Source: Pseudomonadota bacterium (lineage in GTDB: Bacteria > Pseudomonadota > Gammaproteobacteria > Burkholderiales > Rhodocyclaceae). Taken from it: 64,000 bases of DNA. The notes beneath the pieces are model-generated. The model had not been told where the DNA came from. It did not search any database and saw only the letters and a program-made list of their open reading frames with translations. The stretch lies in the NCBI GenBank assembly GCA_018240785.1, contig JAFEFC010000029.1, positions 3,865-67,864 of the forward strand, given 5' to 3'. Shown here one piece after another: positions 38,531 through 48,275 of the stretch. A program made the position numbers and the translations under genes. Within the stretch, counting starts at the first letter, position 1. Each line of letters begins with the position of its first letter.

Positions 38531-40422
38531 TGGGCGAGGCGCGCGGCGAGGCCGGCATGGCGTCGGGTACGGGCGGCGCAGGCGGCGAGGAACACGTCCT
38601 GCGGGCCGGCGAGCGCCACCCGCCGCGCCGCGCGGGTGACGCCGGTATACAGCAGCTCGCGCGTCAGCACCCGGTTCGGCGCCGCCGGCAGCACCAGCAG
38701 CACCTCGTCGAACTCCGAGCCCTGGCTCTTGTGCACCGTGAGGGCAAAGGCGGTGTCATGTTCGGGCAGCCGCAGCGGCGCGACGGCGCGGAAACCGCCG
38801 CCGCTGCGCGGGAAATACACCACCAGCTCGCCACCCTCGTCCGCCAGGCACAGGCCGACGTCGCCATTGTAGAGGCCGAGCAGATAGTCGTTGCGCAGCA
38901 CGATCAGCGGCCGGCCGGGATACCAGCGTCCTGCGCTGCCTGCGGCGGCGGGCAGGCCGAGCGCGGCGCGCAGATGGCGCTCAAGATGGGCATTCAGCGC
39001 CGCCAGGCCGCGCGGCCCCTCGTGTACCGCCGCCAGCACGCGAAAGCGGTCGAAGGCCGCAAAGGCCGCCGCCACGCGCGCCTGCACATCGCCGCGCGGG
39101 TTACGCAGGCAGTCCAGGTAGGGCGCGTAGCCAGCTTGCATGCGCGCCAGCGTCTGCGCCCCCGGTCGCGCGCCCTCATCGGCGATCCATTGCGCCGCCG
39201 CGTCCTCGCCCGCCTGCAGCCAGGCCAGCGCCGCGCCACCGGTGCCGGCGTTGATGTCCGCGGCGAGGCGACCGATGCCCGAATCGCGCCGGAAACGGTG
39301 GCTCTCGGTGAGCCAGATCACGCTGTCGGCGAGCGCCTGCACAGCGCCGGCTGCGCCCTGGACCGCGCCCGCCGCGGCGTCATCGCCCGCCAGCGCCTGC
39401 GCGATCCTCGCCGCCGGCGTGCCGCACAGCGTGGCGAGCCGCTCCAGCATGGCCGGCGTCAATGTCCGCGTAGCCGACAATTCGGCGAACACCGCGCCCG
39501 CCTCCACCGCTGCGAGCTGGTCCTTGTCGCCGAGCAGCACCACGCGCGCCCCGGCCGGCAGCGCGTCGAACAGCCGCGCCGCCAACGCCAGGTCCAGCAT
39601 CGAAGCCTCGTCCACCACCAGCACGTCGACGGCGAGCGGATTGTCCGCATCGTGGCGGAAGCGGCCCGGCGCGGGCGTCACGCCCAGCAGGCGATGCACG
39701 GTGTGGGCCTCGTCCGGCAGGCGTGCGCGCAGCGCCGGCGGCAGGCCTTGCGCGCGGCTGCGCAGCGCCTCGAGCATGCGCGCCGCCGCCTTGCCGGTGG
39801 GCGCCGCCAGCGCGATGCGCAGCGCCGGCTCGCGCTGCAGCAGGCAGGCGAGCAGCGCGGCGACAGTCGTCGTCTTGCCGGTGCCCGGACCGCCGCTGAT
39901 CACCGTCAGCCGCCCGTCCAGCGCGAGCGCCACGGCGAGCTTCTGCCAGTCGGGGCCGGCGGCGTCCACCCGCGACGGAAAGAGCGCATCCAGCAGTGCG
40001 GCGACGCCCTCGTCCGCCGGCGCGGCAGTGCGCGCCCCGGCGCGTGAGGTCAGGGCCCGGGCGAGGCGCCATTCGAGGTCGAAGAAGCGGCGCAGATACA
40101 GACGGTCGCCCGCGTCGAGCACCATCGGCCTTGGCGAAGGGCGCGGCCCACCGATCTCGTCTTCGCTCGCCACCAGGCCGCTGTGCAGCAGCCGCCCGCG
40201 CAGCGCCTCCACAGCCAGCGCCTCCACGCCGCCCTCTGGGCGCTGGAGCTCCGCCAGCGGCAGGCACACATGGCCCGCGCTCGCCGCCAGGCTCAGTGCG
40301 CGCGCGACGCCCGGCAGCACGGCGAGGCTGTCGGCCGGCGCCCCCATGCTGCGGGCCCAGGAGAGCACGTGCGCGGCGAAGCCATCGGCGAGGTCGAACT
40401 GTGGCGGAAGCGTGTCGTTCAT
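38506..40422 (-). CDS. recD: exodeoxyribonuclease V subunit alpha
   Basis: 638 aa. SF1 helicase Walker A ISGGPGTGKTT and Walker B VLVVDEASMLD. C-terminal TVHKSQGSEFD. Its start overlaps the recB stop (ATGA). Confidence 0.9.
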   Translation of the reverse strand: MNDTLPPQFDLADGFAAHVLSWARSMGAPADSLAVLPGVARALSLAASAGHVCLPLAELQRPEGGVEALAVEALRGRLLHSGLVASEDEIGGPRPSPRPMVLDAGDRLYLRRFFDLEWRLARALTSRAGARTAAPADEGVAALLDALFPSRVDAAGPDWQKLAVALALDGRLTVISGGPGTGKTTTVAALLACLLQREPALRIALAAPTGKAAARMLEALRSRAQGLPPALRARLPDEAHTVHRLLGVTPAPGRFRHDADNPLAVDVLVVDEASMLDLALAARLFDALPAGARVVLLGDKDQLAAVEAGAVFAELSATRTLTPAMLERLATLCGTPAARIAQALAGDDAAAGAVQGAAGAVQALADSVIWLTESHRFRRDSGIGRLAADINAGTGGAALAWLQAGEDAAAQWIADEGARPGAQTLARMQAGYAPYLDCLRNPRGDVQARVAAAFAAFDRFRVLAAVHEGPRGLAALNAHLERHLRAALGLPAAAGSAGRWYPGRPLIVLRNDYLLGLYNGDVGLCLADEGGELVVYFPRSGGGFRAVAPLRLPEHDTAFALTVHKSQGSEFDEVLLVLPAAPNRVLTRELLYTGVTRAARRVALAGPQDVFLAACAARTRRHAGLAARLAQCARAGFR

Positions 40423-43400
40423 GCCGGCACCTCGTCGAGCGTGGACGCCACCCCGGCCAGCAGGGCATCCAGCTCGGCGATCGTCGCGTGTTCGGCGCGG
40501 TGGTGGAACACCCCCGCTGGCTGCCCATCCTGGCGCCAGCCCGGGCGCACACCACGCACGAAGAGGTAGAGCACGCCGCCGAAGTGCCGCTCGTAGTCGT
40601 AGCCCGCCAGGCTGCGGGCAAGATGGCGGTGCAGCGCCACGCTGTAGAGCAGATGCTGCAGGTGGTAGCCGTGCGCCTGCATCGCCGCCTCGAGGCGCGG
40701 CGGCGCGTAGTCCTCGATGCCGTCGCCGAGGTGGTTCGACTTCCAGTCCAGCACCCAGTAACGGCCGTCGTGCTCGAACACCAGGTCGACGTAGCCTTTC
40801 AGGTAGCCGCTCAGCTCGGCGAACGCGAGGCGCGGAACGCGGTAGCCGCGCGCAGCCAGCCAGGCATTGAGGGCGGCGGCGGAAAGCCGCGGCGCAGGCA
40901 GATGGAAGCCGAGCTCAACCAGCCGGCGTGATGTCGGCAGGCTGTCCAGCCGTAGCATGGATGCACCATCGGCCAGCAAGGGCGTTGCCAGCACATCGTC
41001 CAGCATGCGCCGCAGCATGCGCGGCAGGCGGCCGGCGTCCACAGCGGCCGGCAGGCGCTGCGGATGGTCGGCCAGCGCCGCGGCGATGGCGGTCTCCCAG
41101 CCCTCGGGCGCGGTGAAGTCGATGCGCTCGAACACCGCATGCAGGCAGTCGCCGGCCACCGGCCCACGTGGAAAGCGCAGGATGTCGTCGTCGGCGATCG
41201 CCGCGCTGTCCGCCGCAGCGCGCGGTGCGCCCCAGGCCGGCTCCGATTCGGTGCCCGGCGCGCCAAGTTCGGCGGCAGGCAGCGCGCGCGCGTCATGGTC
41301 CAGCGCCGCCTGCTCGTGCGCCGCGCCGGACAGCAGCGCGCTAAAGCTGCCGATGCGCCAGCCCGCAGGTATCCCCGGCGGCCGCAACGCGCGCGGCCGC
41401 GCACCCGCCGCCTGTTCGGGCGGCAGCGCCGCGCCGCTGCCGTCAGGAAGGTCGGTGAGCGACATCGTCGGCTGCCCGTCGAGCACACTCGCGCCCACCA
41501 CGGCGCGCCAGCGCGCATCGATCTCGGCCGGCGTCATCTTGTGCGTGCGCCAGGCGGAAAGTTCGACCTCGGCGCCCGCCACCATCCAGTTCAGCAGGCT
41601 GCGGCCGGCTTCGCCGTAGCTCGCCTTGCCGCGGGTGATCTTTGCGTAGCAACCCACCACCAGGTAGCAACGATGTACCGCGCGCGTCAGCGCGACGTAC
41701 ATCAGGCGCACGCTCTCCGCGTCGCGCTCCAGGCGCATGCGGGCCTTGATGTCGTCATCCGCGCGCGCGCCACGCCGGTAGTCGAGCACCAGCCGGCCGT
41801 CATCGTCGTGCCAGGCGCAGGTGTCGCCGCCCTCGGCGCCGGACGGATAGCCATCGAACAGGAAGGGGCAGAACACGACGCCGTATTCCAGACCCTTGGC
41901 GCGATGGATGGTGACGATCTGCACCAGGTTGCGGTCCGACTCCAGCCGAAGCTGCGCCGCGTCGCCGCCGGCACCGTCGCGGCGGCGGGTGGCGAGCGTG
42001 CGCAGCAGCACCTCGGGCGAGGCACTGCCGGCGGCCTGCTGCAGCAGTTCGGCGAGGTGCATCAGGTTGGTGAGGCGGCGCTCGCCGTCGGCGCGGGCAA
42101 GCAGCCGCGCGGCCACGTCCTCGTCGGCCATCCACTGCCGCAGCATGACGCCGAAGCCACGCGCAAGCCAGGTGTCGCGCCAGCGCGCGAAGGCGTCCAG
42201 CGCCGCGAGCAGCGCCGTTTCGTCGGCGGCGAGCGCCGCCAGCGCGCCGGCATCGCGCCCCATCGCCGCAGTGGCGAGCGCGGCCTTGACGCGCCGCTCG
42301 CGCGCCGGCTCGGCGATCGCCAGCAGCACGCGCTCGAGTTCCTCCGCATCCTCGCTGGAAAACACGCTCGCCTGCGACAGCTCCACGCTACCGACGCCGA
42401 AGGCCGCCAGTGCGCGGCGCATGCGCGCACCCTGGGCATGGCTGCGCACCAGCACGGCGATGTCGGCGGGCACGAGGCCGCGCTCGCCGATGCGGACCTC
42501 GCCCGTGGCGCCGGCGGCGATCAGGCGCGCGATCTCCGCGGCACTGGCGATCGCGGCGCGCTGTATCGCCTTCGCGCGCGGCAGCCGCTCACCGCCCTCG
42601 CCGCCGCCGTCATCGTCGTCGAGCGCCTCGTCGCGCGGAATCCGCCACAGGCGCAGCGCGGCCGGGCTGGCGCCGCTCGCGCTGCGGTCGACGAAAGGCG
42701 CGCGCGGGCGGACGCCGGCGTCGACACGCTGGTAGGCCAGCCCGGGCAACATGAAAACCCCGGGATTGGCACCGAACAGCCGGTTGCAGGCCTCAATCAG
42801 CGCCGGCGACGAGCGCTGGTTGTGGCGCAGGGTGTGGCGTGTGTCGGTGCGCTCGCGCGCAGCGAGATAGGTGTGCAGGTCGGCGCTGCGGAAGCTGTAG
42901 ATCGCCTGCTTGGGGTCGCCGACGAGGAACAGGCTGCCGTGGCGGCCTTCGGCGTTGTAGATGCGATCGAAGATGGCGAACTGCAGCGGGTCGGTGTCCT
43001 GGAATTCGTCGATCAGCGCCACCGGAAAGCGCGCATGCAGCGCCGCCGCCAGCCACGGCTGGCGCCCGGCGGTGAGCGCGTCGTAGGCGTTCCACAGGAT
43101 GTCGTCGAAGGCGATCTGGCGACGCTCGCGCTTGCGCCGGCGCAGCTCCTCGGTCGCCTGCCGGATGAAACGGCGCAGCAGCGCGAGGCGCGCGCCTTCG
43201 AGGCGGTCCTCGGCCTCGGTGCGCGCCGCGAGCAGCTCGCCGGCGGCGTCGAAGAAGGGATGCCGTGGCGGCGCGATGCCCTTCGCCTGACCGGCCTTGG
43301 TGGTGCGCCGTTCGAGCGTGGCCGCGGTCAGCAGCGCGAGCTTGCTGTCCTCGGGCAAGGGCGACCGGGCATCGCCGGCGGCAAGCCAGGCGACCCAATG

Positions 43401-44210
43401 CTGGCTGGCGCGCGCTACCGACTCCTTGCTGTAGCTGTTGCCGTTGAGGCCGGGCAGCGCATCGTCCAGGGCACGGGCAATGGCGGCCTCCTCGCCCTGC
43501 CAGCAGCGCCGTGCCGCAGCATATGCAGCGTCGATGCGCGCGGCGGCCGCGGCCAGGTCCGGGTCGGCGGGGAATTCGTCCCAGCGGCGTTCGGCGAGCG
43601 GCCGCGCCATGTCGCCGGCGAGCAGCTCCGCCCAGCCCTCCGGGCTGTCGCCCCGCTGCAGCAGGCAGTCGGCCAGCGCCTGCGGCAGATCCCCGCCGGC
43701 GATCTCGCGGCGCCAGAAGTCCTGCGTCACTTCCAGGCGCAGTTCGCCATCGTCCTCGACCAGCTCCAGCGCGTAGGGCAGGCCGGCGGCGAAGGGCGTG
43801 TCGGCGAGGGCGCGCTGGCAGAAGCCGTGGATGGTGAAGATCGCCGCCTCATCGAAGGCCTGCAGTGCGGTGCGCAAGCGGCGCGCCATGTCGCCGCGCG
43901 CGAGGCGGCCGGTGGCGAGCACGGCGCCGATCAGCGACGGGACGAAGGGATCACCGTCGGCTTCGCCGCCCTCCAGCACCCTGAGGGTATCGACGATGCG
44001 GTCACGGATGCGGGTCGCCAGTTCGGCGGTGGCGGCGCGGGTGAAGGTGACGACGAGGAGCGATTCGACCGGCACCGCCTGCTCCAGCAGCAGGCGCAGG
44101 TAGAGCCCGCAGATGTTCCAGGTCTTGCCAGTGCCGGCGGAGGCCTCGACCAGGCGGATGCCGTCGAGGGGGCAGGCGAAGACGTCGAGATCGGTGGCGG
44201 TGGCTGGCAT
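40419..44210 (-). CDS. recB: exodeoxyribonuclease V subunit beta
   Basis: 1,263 aa from MPATATDLDVF. UvrD-like Walker A VEASAGTGKTWNI. LIDEFQDTD, TIHRAKGLEY, and a C-terminal nuclease block (GYVDLVFEHDGRYWVLDWKSN). Confidence 0.9.
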   Translation of the reverse strand: MPATATDLDVFACPLDGIRLVEASAGTGKTWNICGLYLRLLLEQAVPVESLLVVTFTRAATAELATRIRDRIVDTLRVLEGGEADGDPFVPSLIGAVLATGRLARGDMARRLRTALQAFDEAAIFTIHGFCQRALADTPFAAGLPYALELVEDDGELRLEVTQDFWRREIAGGDLPQALADCLLQRGDSPEGWAELLAGDMARPLAERRWDEFPADPDLAAAAARIDAAYAAARRCWQGEEAAIARALDDALPGLNGNSYSKESVARASQHWVAWLAAGDARSPLPEDSKLALLTAATLERRTTKAGQAKGIAPPRHPFFDAAGELLAARTEAEDRLEGARLALLRRFIRQATEELRRRKRERRQIAFDDILWNAYDALTAGRQPWLAAALHARFPVALIDEFQDTDPLQFAIFDRIYNAEGRHGSLFLVGDPKQAIYSFRSADLHTYLAARERTDTRHTLRHNQRSSPALIEACNRLFGANPGVFMLPGLAYQRVDAGVRPRAPFVDRSASGASPAALRLWRIPRDEALDDDDGGGEGGERLPRAKAIQRAAIASAAEIARLIAAGATGEVRIGERGLVPADIAVLVRSHAQGARMRRALAAFGVGSVELSQASVFSSEDAEELERVLLAIAEPARERRVKAALATAAMGRDAGALAALAADETALLAALDAFARWRDTWLARGFGVMLRQWMADEDVAARLLARADGERRLTNLMHLAELLQQAAGSASPEVLLRTLATRRRDGAGGDAAQLRLESDRNLVQIVTIHRAKGLEYGVVFCPFLFDGYPSGAEGGDTCAWHDDDGRLVLDYRRGARADDDIKARMRLERDAESVRLMYVALTRAVHRCYLVVGCYAKITRGKASYGEAGRSLLNWMVAGAEVELSAWRTHKMTPAEIDARWRAVVGASVLDGQPTMSLTDLPDGSGAALPPEQAAGARPRALRPPGIPAGWRIGSFSALLSGAAHEQAALDHDARALPAAELGAPGTESEPAWGAPRAAADSAAIADDDILRFPRGPVAGDCLHAVFERIDFTAPEGWETAIAAALADHPQRLPAAVDAGRLPRMLRRMLDDVLATPLLADGASMLRLDSLPTSRRLVELGFHLPAPRLSAAALNAWLAARGYRVPRLAFAELSGYLKGYVDLVFEHDGRYWVLDWKSNHLGDGIEDYAPPRLEAAMQAHGYHLQHLLYSVALHRHLARSLAGYDYERHFGGVLYLFVRGVRPGWRQDGQPAGVFHHRAEHATIAELDALLAGVASTLDEVPA

Positions 44211-44258
44211 CGCCGGGATGGTAGCGAGGGCGCAGTGCGGTCGCAAACCGGCCGTGCC

Positions 44259-44293
44259 AAAAGCGAAAGGGCCCCGCAGGGCCCTTTCGCTTT
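44259..44293 (-). terminator. rho-independent terminator of the phasin gene
   Basis: Perfect 15-bp stem AAAGCGAAAGGGCCC / GGGCCCTTTCGCTTT with a 4-nt loop, 38 nt after the phasin stop. The minus strand continues with TTTTGG. Confidence 0.75.
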
Positions 44294-44330
44294 GCATGCG
44301 CGCGAACCGCACGCGCAGGAGGTGTCAGGC

Positions 44331-44909
44331 TCAGGCGGCCTTCAGCACCGAGGCGGCAGCCTGGGTCGTCTTGGCGACGGTCTCGACGGCGGCGGCAGTG
44401 GCGCTCTCGACGTTGGCCTGGGCCACTTCGGACACCTGCTTGGCGGCCTTGGTCGCGCCTTCGTAGGCGGCGGTGGCGTTGGCGATGGCGCTCTTGAGCG
44501 CGGCGACGGCAGCTTCCGAACCGGCCGGCGCGTTCTTGGCGAAATCTTCGACCGCGGCGTTCAGGTTCTTCACCAGTTGATCGGCTTCGGTTTCGTACAG
44601 CTTGCTCAGCTCACCCTGGGCCTGCGCGGCGATGCTGGCGACGGAGCCGAGATAGGCGACGTTCTTTTCCAGCACCGGGGTGATGAGGCCGAGTTGCAGC
44701 GAGGCCAGGGCCTTCGGGTCCTTGGCTTCGGCGACCGACTTGCTCAGCGCGATGCTGTCGTCGAACAGCGCACGGGCGGCGGCCAGGTTCAGGCTCGACA
44801 GGCGCTCGACGGCGGAGAAGAGGCTGGCGCTGGCGGCGGAAGCGGCCTGCAGGCCGGTCTCGATGCTGGCCTTGCCGGCGGCGACGAATTTTTCAGTGGA
44901 CATGTTCAT
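44331..44909 (-). CDS. phasin family protein (PHA granule-associated)
   Basis: 192 aa, Ala-rich and helical. MNMSTEKFVAAGKASIETGLQAASAASASLFSAVERLSSLNLAAARALFDD is typical of PhaP. AAGGAG RBS 7 nt before ATG 44909. Confidence 0.85.
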   Translation of the reverse strand: MNMSTEKFVAAGKASIETGLQAASAASASLFSAVERLSSLNLAAARALFDDSIALSKSVAEAKDPKALASLQLGLITPVLEKNVAYLGSVASIAAQAQGELSKLYETEADQLVKNLNAAVEDFAKNAPAGSEAAVAALKSAIANATAAYEGATKAAKQVSEVAQANVESATAAAVETVAKTTQAAASVLKAA

Positions 44910-44963
44910 GGCGAAACTCCTTGGATTGATTTTGGTGCTGCAAAGCCTTGATGTGATTCGTAT

Positions 44964-44976
44964 GTTGCACTGCAAC
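44964..44976. promoter_or_regulatory. 6-1-6 perfect palindrome GTTGCA-C-TGCAAC in the phasin upstream region (candidate operator)
   Basis: Read directly from the sequence, 55-67 nt upstream of the phasin ATG, in a locally AT-richer tract that also contains TTGCAA and TGCAGC repeats. Confidence 0.3.
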
Positions 44977-45026
44977 AAAATCAATTGCAAGGGGTTCCGC
45001 GAAATTTTTGTCGGCCTGCTGGCCGG

Positions 45027-45791
45027 CTAGCGATCGGCCGACGGGGATGCATCGTCCGCCCAGTTCGCCCAGTCGGGGTCGGGCAGTTCGGCGAACACCC
45101 GCCGCAGGCTGGCGCCCCACTGGCCGTGGATCATGCTGAAGTAGGGGTTCTCGGCGTCGATGCTGACATGGCGCGCGACTTTCAGCTCGTTGCAGCGGTA
45201 GATCAGCAGATCCAGCGGCAGGCCCACCGACAGGTTGGAGCGGATGGTGGAGTCCATCGAGATCAGCGCGCACTTGGCGGCCTCGTCGAGCGAAATGGCG
45301 CTGGTGACGACGCGGTCGATGATGGGCTTGCCGTATTTCGACTCGCCGATCTGAAAGTAGGGCGTGTCCTCGGTGGCCTCGATGAAGTTGCCCGCGGCGT
45401 AGATCTGAAACAGCCGCGGCGGCTCGCTGTCGATCTGGCCGCAGAGGATGAAGGAGGCGTTGAAGTCCACGCCGAACTCCTTCAGCGGCCCGGCGTCGCG
45501 CTGGTACACCTTGCGCACGGTGTCGCCCACCATGCGCGCGCATTCGAACATCGTCGCCGCACTCCACACGCTTTCATGATCCTGCACGGTGGCGTGCTCG
45601 CGCAGCAGGTTGACCACTGCCTGGGTAATGGCAAGGTTGCCGGCGCTCATCAGCACCACGACGCGGTCACCGGGGCGCTCGAAGACGGTCATCTTGCGGA
45701 AGGTGTTGATGTGGTCCACCCCGGCGTTGGTACGGGAGTCGGACAGGCAGACCAGGCCTTCGTCGAGGCGCATGGCAACGCAATAGGTCAT
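45027..45791 (-). CDS. Anbu-type proteasome-like peptidase (Ntn hydrolase, COG3484)
   Basis: 254 aa. MTYCVAMRLDEGLVCLSDSRTNAG has Thr2 as the putative N-terminal nucleophile. It lies downstream of ATP-grasp and alpha-E genes, as in the described Anbu neighbourhood. The start overlaps the alpha-E stop (ATGA). Confidence 0.8.
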   Translation of the reverse strand: MTYCVAMRLDEGLVCLSDSRTNAGVDHINTFRKMTVFERPGDRVVVLMSAGNLAITQAVVNLLREHATVQDHESVWSAATMFECARMVGDTVRKVYQRDAGPLKEFGVDFNASFILCGQIDSEPPRLFQIYAAGNFIEATEDTPYFQIGESKYGKPIIDRVVTSAISLDEAAKCALISMDSTIRSNLSVGLPLDLLIYRCNELKVARHVSIDAENPYFSMIHGQWGASLRRVFAELPDPDWANWADDASPSADR

Positions 45792-46738
45792 GGGGTGGCC
45801 ACCGGCATCAGGAAATCGTTGCTGATGCGGTCGCCGAGCTTGTTGATGCAGGCGAGGAACTTCTCCAGCGATTCATGCAGGCCGACCGCGAAAATGTCGT
45901 CCATGCTGCCGTAGTGGAGGCTGGCATGCAACGCGCCGGCCTTGCGCGTCGTCTCGCAGGAGCGCGAATTGGCGACCTGGCCGAGGATGTCGACGATCTC
46001 GTCCAGGCAGGCGTGCAGCGAGCGCGGCATGGCGTCGTTGAGCATCAGCAGCTCGGCGACCTTGTGCGGCGTGATGACATCGCGATAGACCTGGCGGTAG
46101 GTCTCGAACGCCGACACCGAGCGCAGCAGCGAGCCCCAGCGGTAGTAGTCGGTGGCGTTGTGCACGTCCTCGCCCGCCGGCATCAGCGCGTGGTACTTCA
46201 CGTCGAGCAGGCGCGCGGTGTTGTCGGCGCGTTCCAGGAAGGTGCCCAGGCGGGCGAACTGGAAGGCGTCGTCGTGGAACATGGTGCCCACGGTGACGCC
46301 GCGCAGCAGGTGAGAGCGGAACTTGACCCACTCGAAGAAAGCGCCGAGATCCATGTCCTGCAAGCGGACGGGCGTCAGATCGCGGATCTCCAGCCAGGTG
46401 GTGTTGGTGGTCTCCCACATCTCGCTGGTGAGCTTGCCACGCACCGCGTGGGCGTTCTCGCGCGCCGCGCGCAGGCAGTTCCACACGCTGGACAGGTTGT
46501 CGCGATCGAGCAGCACGAACTCGATCACGTCGCGCGGGCTCAGCGGCCGGCCGGTGCGCGCATAGGCGTCGGAAAGCTCGCTGATGTCGAGGATGGCGCG
46601 CCAGTCGGCGTGGCCGTCGCCATTCACACCGGGCAGCATCGACATGCGATAGGACACGTCGAGCATGCGTACGGTGTTCTCGGCACGTTCGGTGTAGCGG
46701 GCCATCCAGTACAGGTGGTCGGCAGTGCGGCTCAGCAT
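45788..46738 (-). CDS. alpha-E domain-containing protein (COG2307)
   Basis: 316 aa. The N-terminus LSRTADHLYWMARYTERAENTVRMLDV is the hallmark of alpha-E/DUF403 proteins. Confidence 0.85.
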   Translation of the reverse strand: MLSRTADHLYWMARYTERAENTVRMLDVSYRMSMLPGVNGDGHADWRAILDISELSDAYARTGRPLSPRDVIEFVLLDRDNLSSVWNCLRAARENAHAVRGKLTSEMWETTNTTWLEIRDLTPVRLQDMDLGAFFEWVKFRSHLLRGVTVGTMFHDDAFQFARLGTFLERADNTARLLDVKYHALMPAGEDVHNATDYYRWGSLLRSVSAFETYRQVYRDVITPHKVAELLMLNDAMPRSLHACLDEIVDILGQVANSRSCETTRKAGALHASLHYGSMDDIFAVGLHESLEKFLACINKLGDRISNDFLMPVATP

Positions 46739-46784
46739 GATGCAATTCTCCGTATCGTTCTTGTCGGCCGTCGGGCGCGCGGGC

Positions 46785-48230
46785 TCAGTCGACCACCCAG
46801 GTGTCCTTGGTGCCGCCGCCCTGCGACGAATTCACCACCAGCGAGCCTTCCTTCAGCGCCACCCGCGTCAGGCCGCCGGGCACCATGCGGATCTGCTTGC
46901 CGCCCGACAGCACGAAGGGACGCAGGTCGATGTGGCGCGGCGCGATGCCGGCCTCGACGAAGGTCGGGCAGGTCGACAGCGACAGCGTGGGCTGGGCGAT
47001 GTACTTTTCCGGCGCGGCGAGGATGCGCTGGCGGAAGTCCTCGATCTGGGCCTTCGTCGACGCCGGCCCGACCAGCATCCCGTAGCCGCCGGCGCCGTGC
47101 ACTTCCTTGACCACCAGCTCGGGCAGGCGGTCCAGCACGTAGGCGAGGTCGTCCTTCTCGCGCAGCATCCAGGTGGGAACGTTGTTGAGGACGGGTTCCT
47201 CGCCGAGATAGAAGCGCACCATCTCCGGCACGTAGGGATAGATCGACTTGTCGTCGGCCACGCCGGTACCCACCGCGTTGGCCAGCGTCACATGGCCGGC
47301 CTGGTAGGCGCGCATCAGCCCGGGCACGCCCAGCATGGAGTCGGCGCGGAAGGCGAGCGGATCGAGGAAGTCGTCGTCGATGCGGCGGTAGATCACGTCC
47401 ACCCGCCGCGGCCCCTGGGTGGTGCGCATGTACAGCACATCGTCCTGCACGAACATGTCCTGGCCTTCGACCAGCTCCACCCCCATCTGCTGGGCGAGGA
47501 AGCTGTGCTCGAAGTAGGCGCTGTTGTGGGCGCCCGGCGTCATCACCACCACCGTGGGGTCGACCACGCCGGCCGGAGCCACCGCACGCAGCGTCTCCAG
47601 CAGCAGGTCGGGGTAGTGGTCGACCGGCTGCACGTGGTAGCGCGAAAACAGGTCGGGGAAGAGCCGCATCATCATCTTGCGGTTCTCCAGCAGGTAGCTC
47701 ACCCCGGAGGGCACGCGCAGGTTGTCCTCCAGCACGAAGAACTCGCCCCGGCCGTCAGCCCCGGCGGCGCGCACCAGGTCGATGCCGGCGATCATCGAAT
47801 ACAGGCCGCCGGGCACGTCCACGCCCTTCATCTCGGGGCGGAATTGCGCGTTGTCGAGGATCTGGTCGGCCGGGATGCGGCCGGCGCGCAGGATTTCCTG
47901 GCCGTGGTAGATGTCGGCGAGGAAGGCATTGAGCGCGCGCACGCGCTGGGCCAGGCCGCGCTCGAGCTCGCGCCACTCGCTGCCCGGGATGATGCGCGGC
48001 AGCAGGTCGAACGGAATCAGGCGCTCCTTGCCGCCTTCCGCGCCATACACGTTGAAGGTGATGCCGACGCGGTGGAAGGCGATGTCGGCCTCGCTGCGCT
48101 TGCGGTCGATCAACTCGCGCGGCATCTCGTGCAGCCAGCGCTCATAGGGCTGGTAGTGCGGGCGCACGGCGCCGTCCGCCGAGTGCATCTCGTCGTAGGG
48201 CGTGGCCCCGGTTCTGGTCGCTTCGGACAT
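46785..48230 (-). CDS. circularly permuted type 2 ATP-grasp protein (COG2308)
   Basis: 481 aa. YDEMHS..VRPHYQPY..GITFNVYG..ERLIPFDLLPRII..DNLRVPSGVSY..GGGTKDTWV is the typical family pattern. Confidence 0.85.
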   Translation of the reverse strand: MSEATRTGATPYDEMHSADGAVRPHYQPYERWLHEMPRELIDRKRSEADIAFHRVGITFNVYGAEGGKERLIPFDLLPRIIPGSEWRELERGLAQRVRALNAFLADIYHGQEILRAGRIPADQILDNAQFRPEMKGVDVPGGLYSMIAGIDLVRAAGADGRGEFFVLEDNLRVPSGVSYLLENRKMMMRLFPDLFSRYHVQPVDHYPDLLLETLRAVAPAGVVDPTVVVMTPGAHNSAYFEHSFLAQQMGVELVEGQDMFVQDDVLYMRTTQGPRRVDVIYRRIDDDFLDPLAFRADSMLGVPGLMRAYQAGHVTLANAVGTGVADDKSIYPYVPEMVRFYLGEEPVLNNVPTWMLREKDDLAYVLDRLPELVVKEVHGAGGYGMLVGPASTKAQIEDFRQRILAAPEKYIAQPTLSLSTCPTFVEAGIAPRHIDLRPFVLSGGKQIRMVPGGLTRVALKEGSLVVNSSQGGGTKDTWVVD

Positions 48231-48259
48231 GTTCAGACTCCCCTTTCCGATTTGACTTC

Positions 48260-48275
48260 AGCAGAAACCGTGCCA
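48260..48275 (-). promoter_or_regulatory. candidate sigma-54 -24/-12 promoter for the ATP-grasp/alpha-E/Anbu module
   Basis: The minus strand reads TGGCACGGTTTCTGCT, against the consensus TGGCACG-N4-TTGCW. GG-N10-GC spacing is exact, with one deviation (C for T at -14). It lies 29 nt upstream of ATG 48230 (RBS GGGGAG). It is immediately preceded by the direct repeat GGTTTGACGC-g-GGTTTGACGC (48276-48296). Confidence 0.5.

Noticed and set aside
41064-44951. 1,295-aa plus-strand ORF antisense to recB and the phasin gene
   Set aside because: It has an Arg/Ala/Gly-rich composition and no recognisable motifs. It spans two well-supported minus-strand genes and an intergenic terminator, so it is a high-GC shadow ORF.
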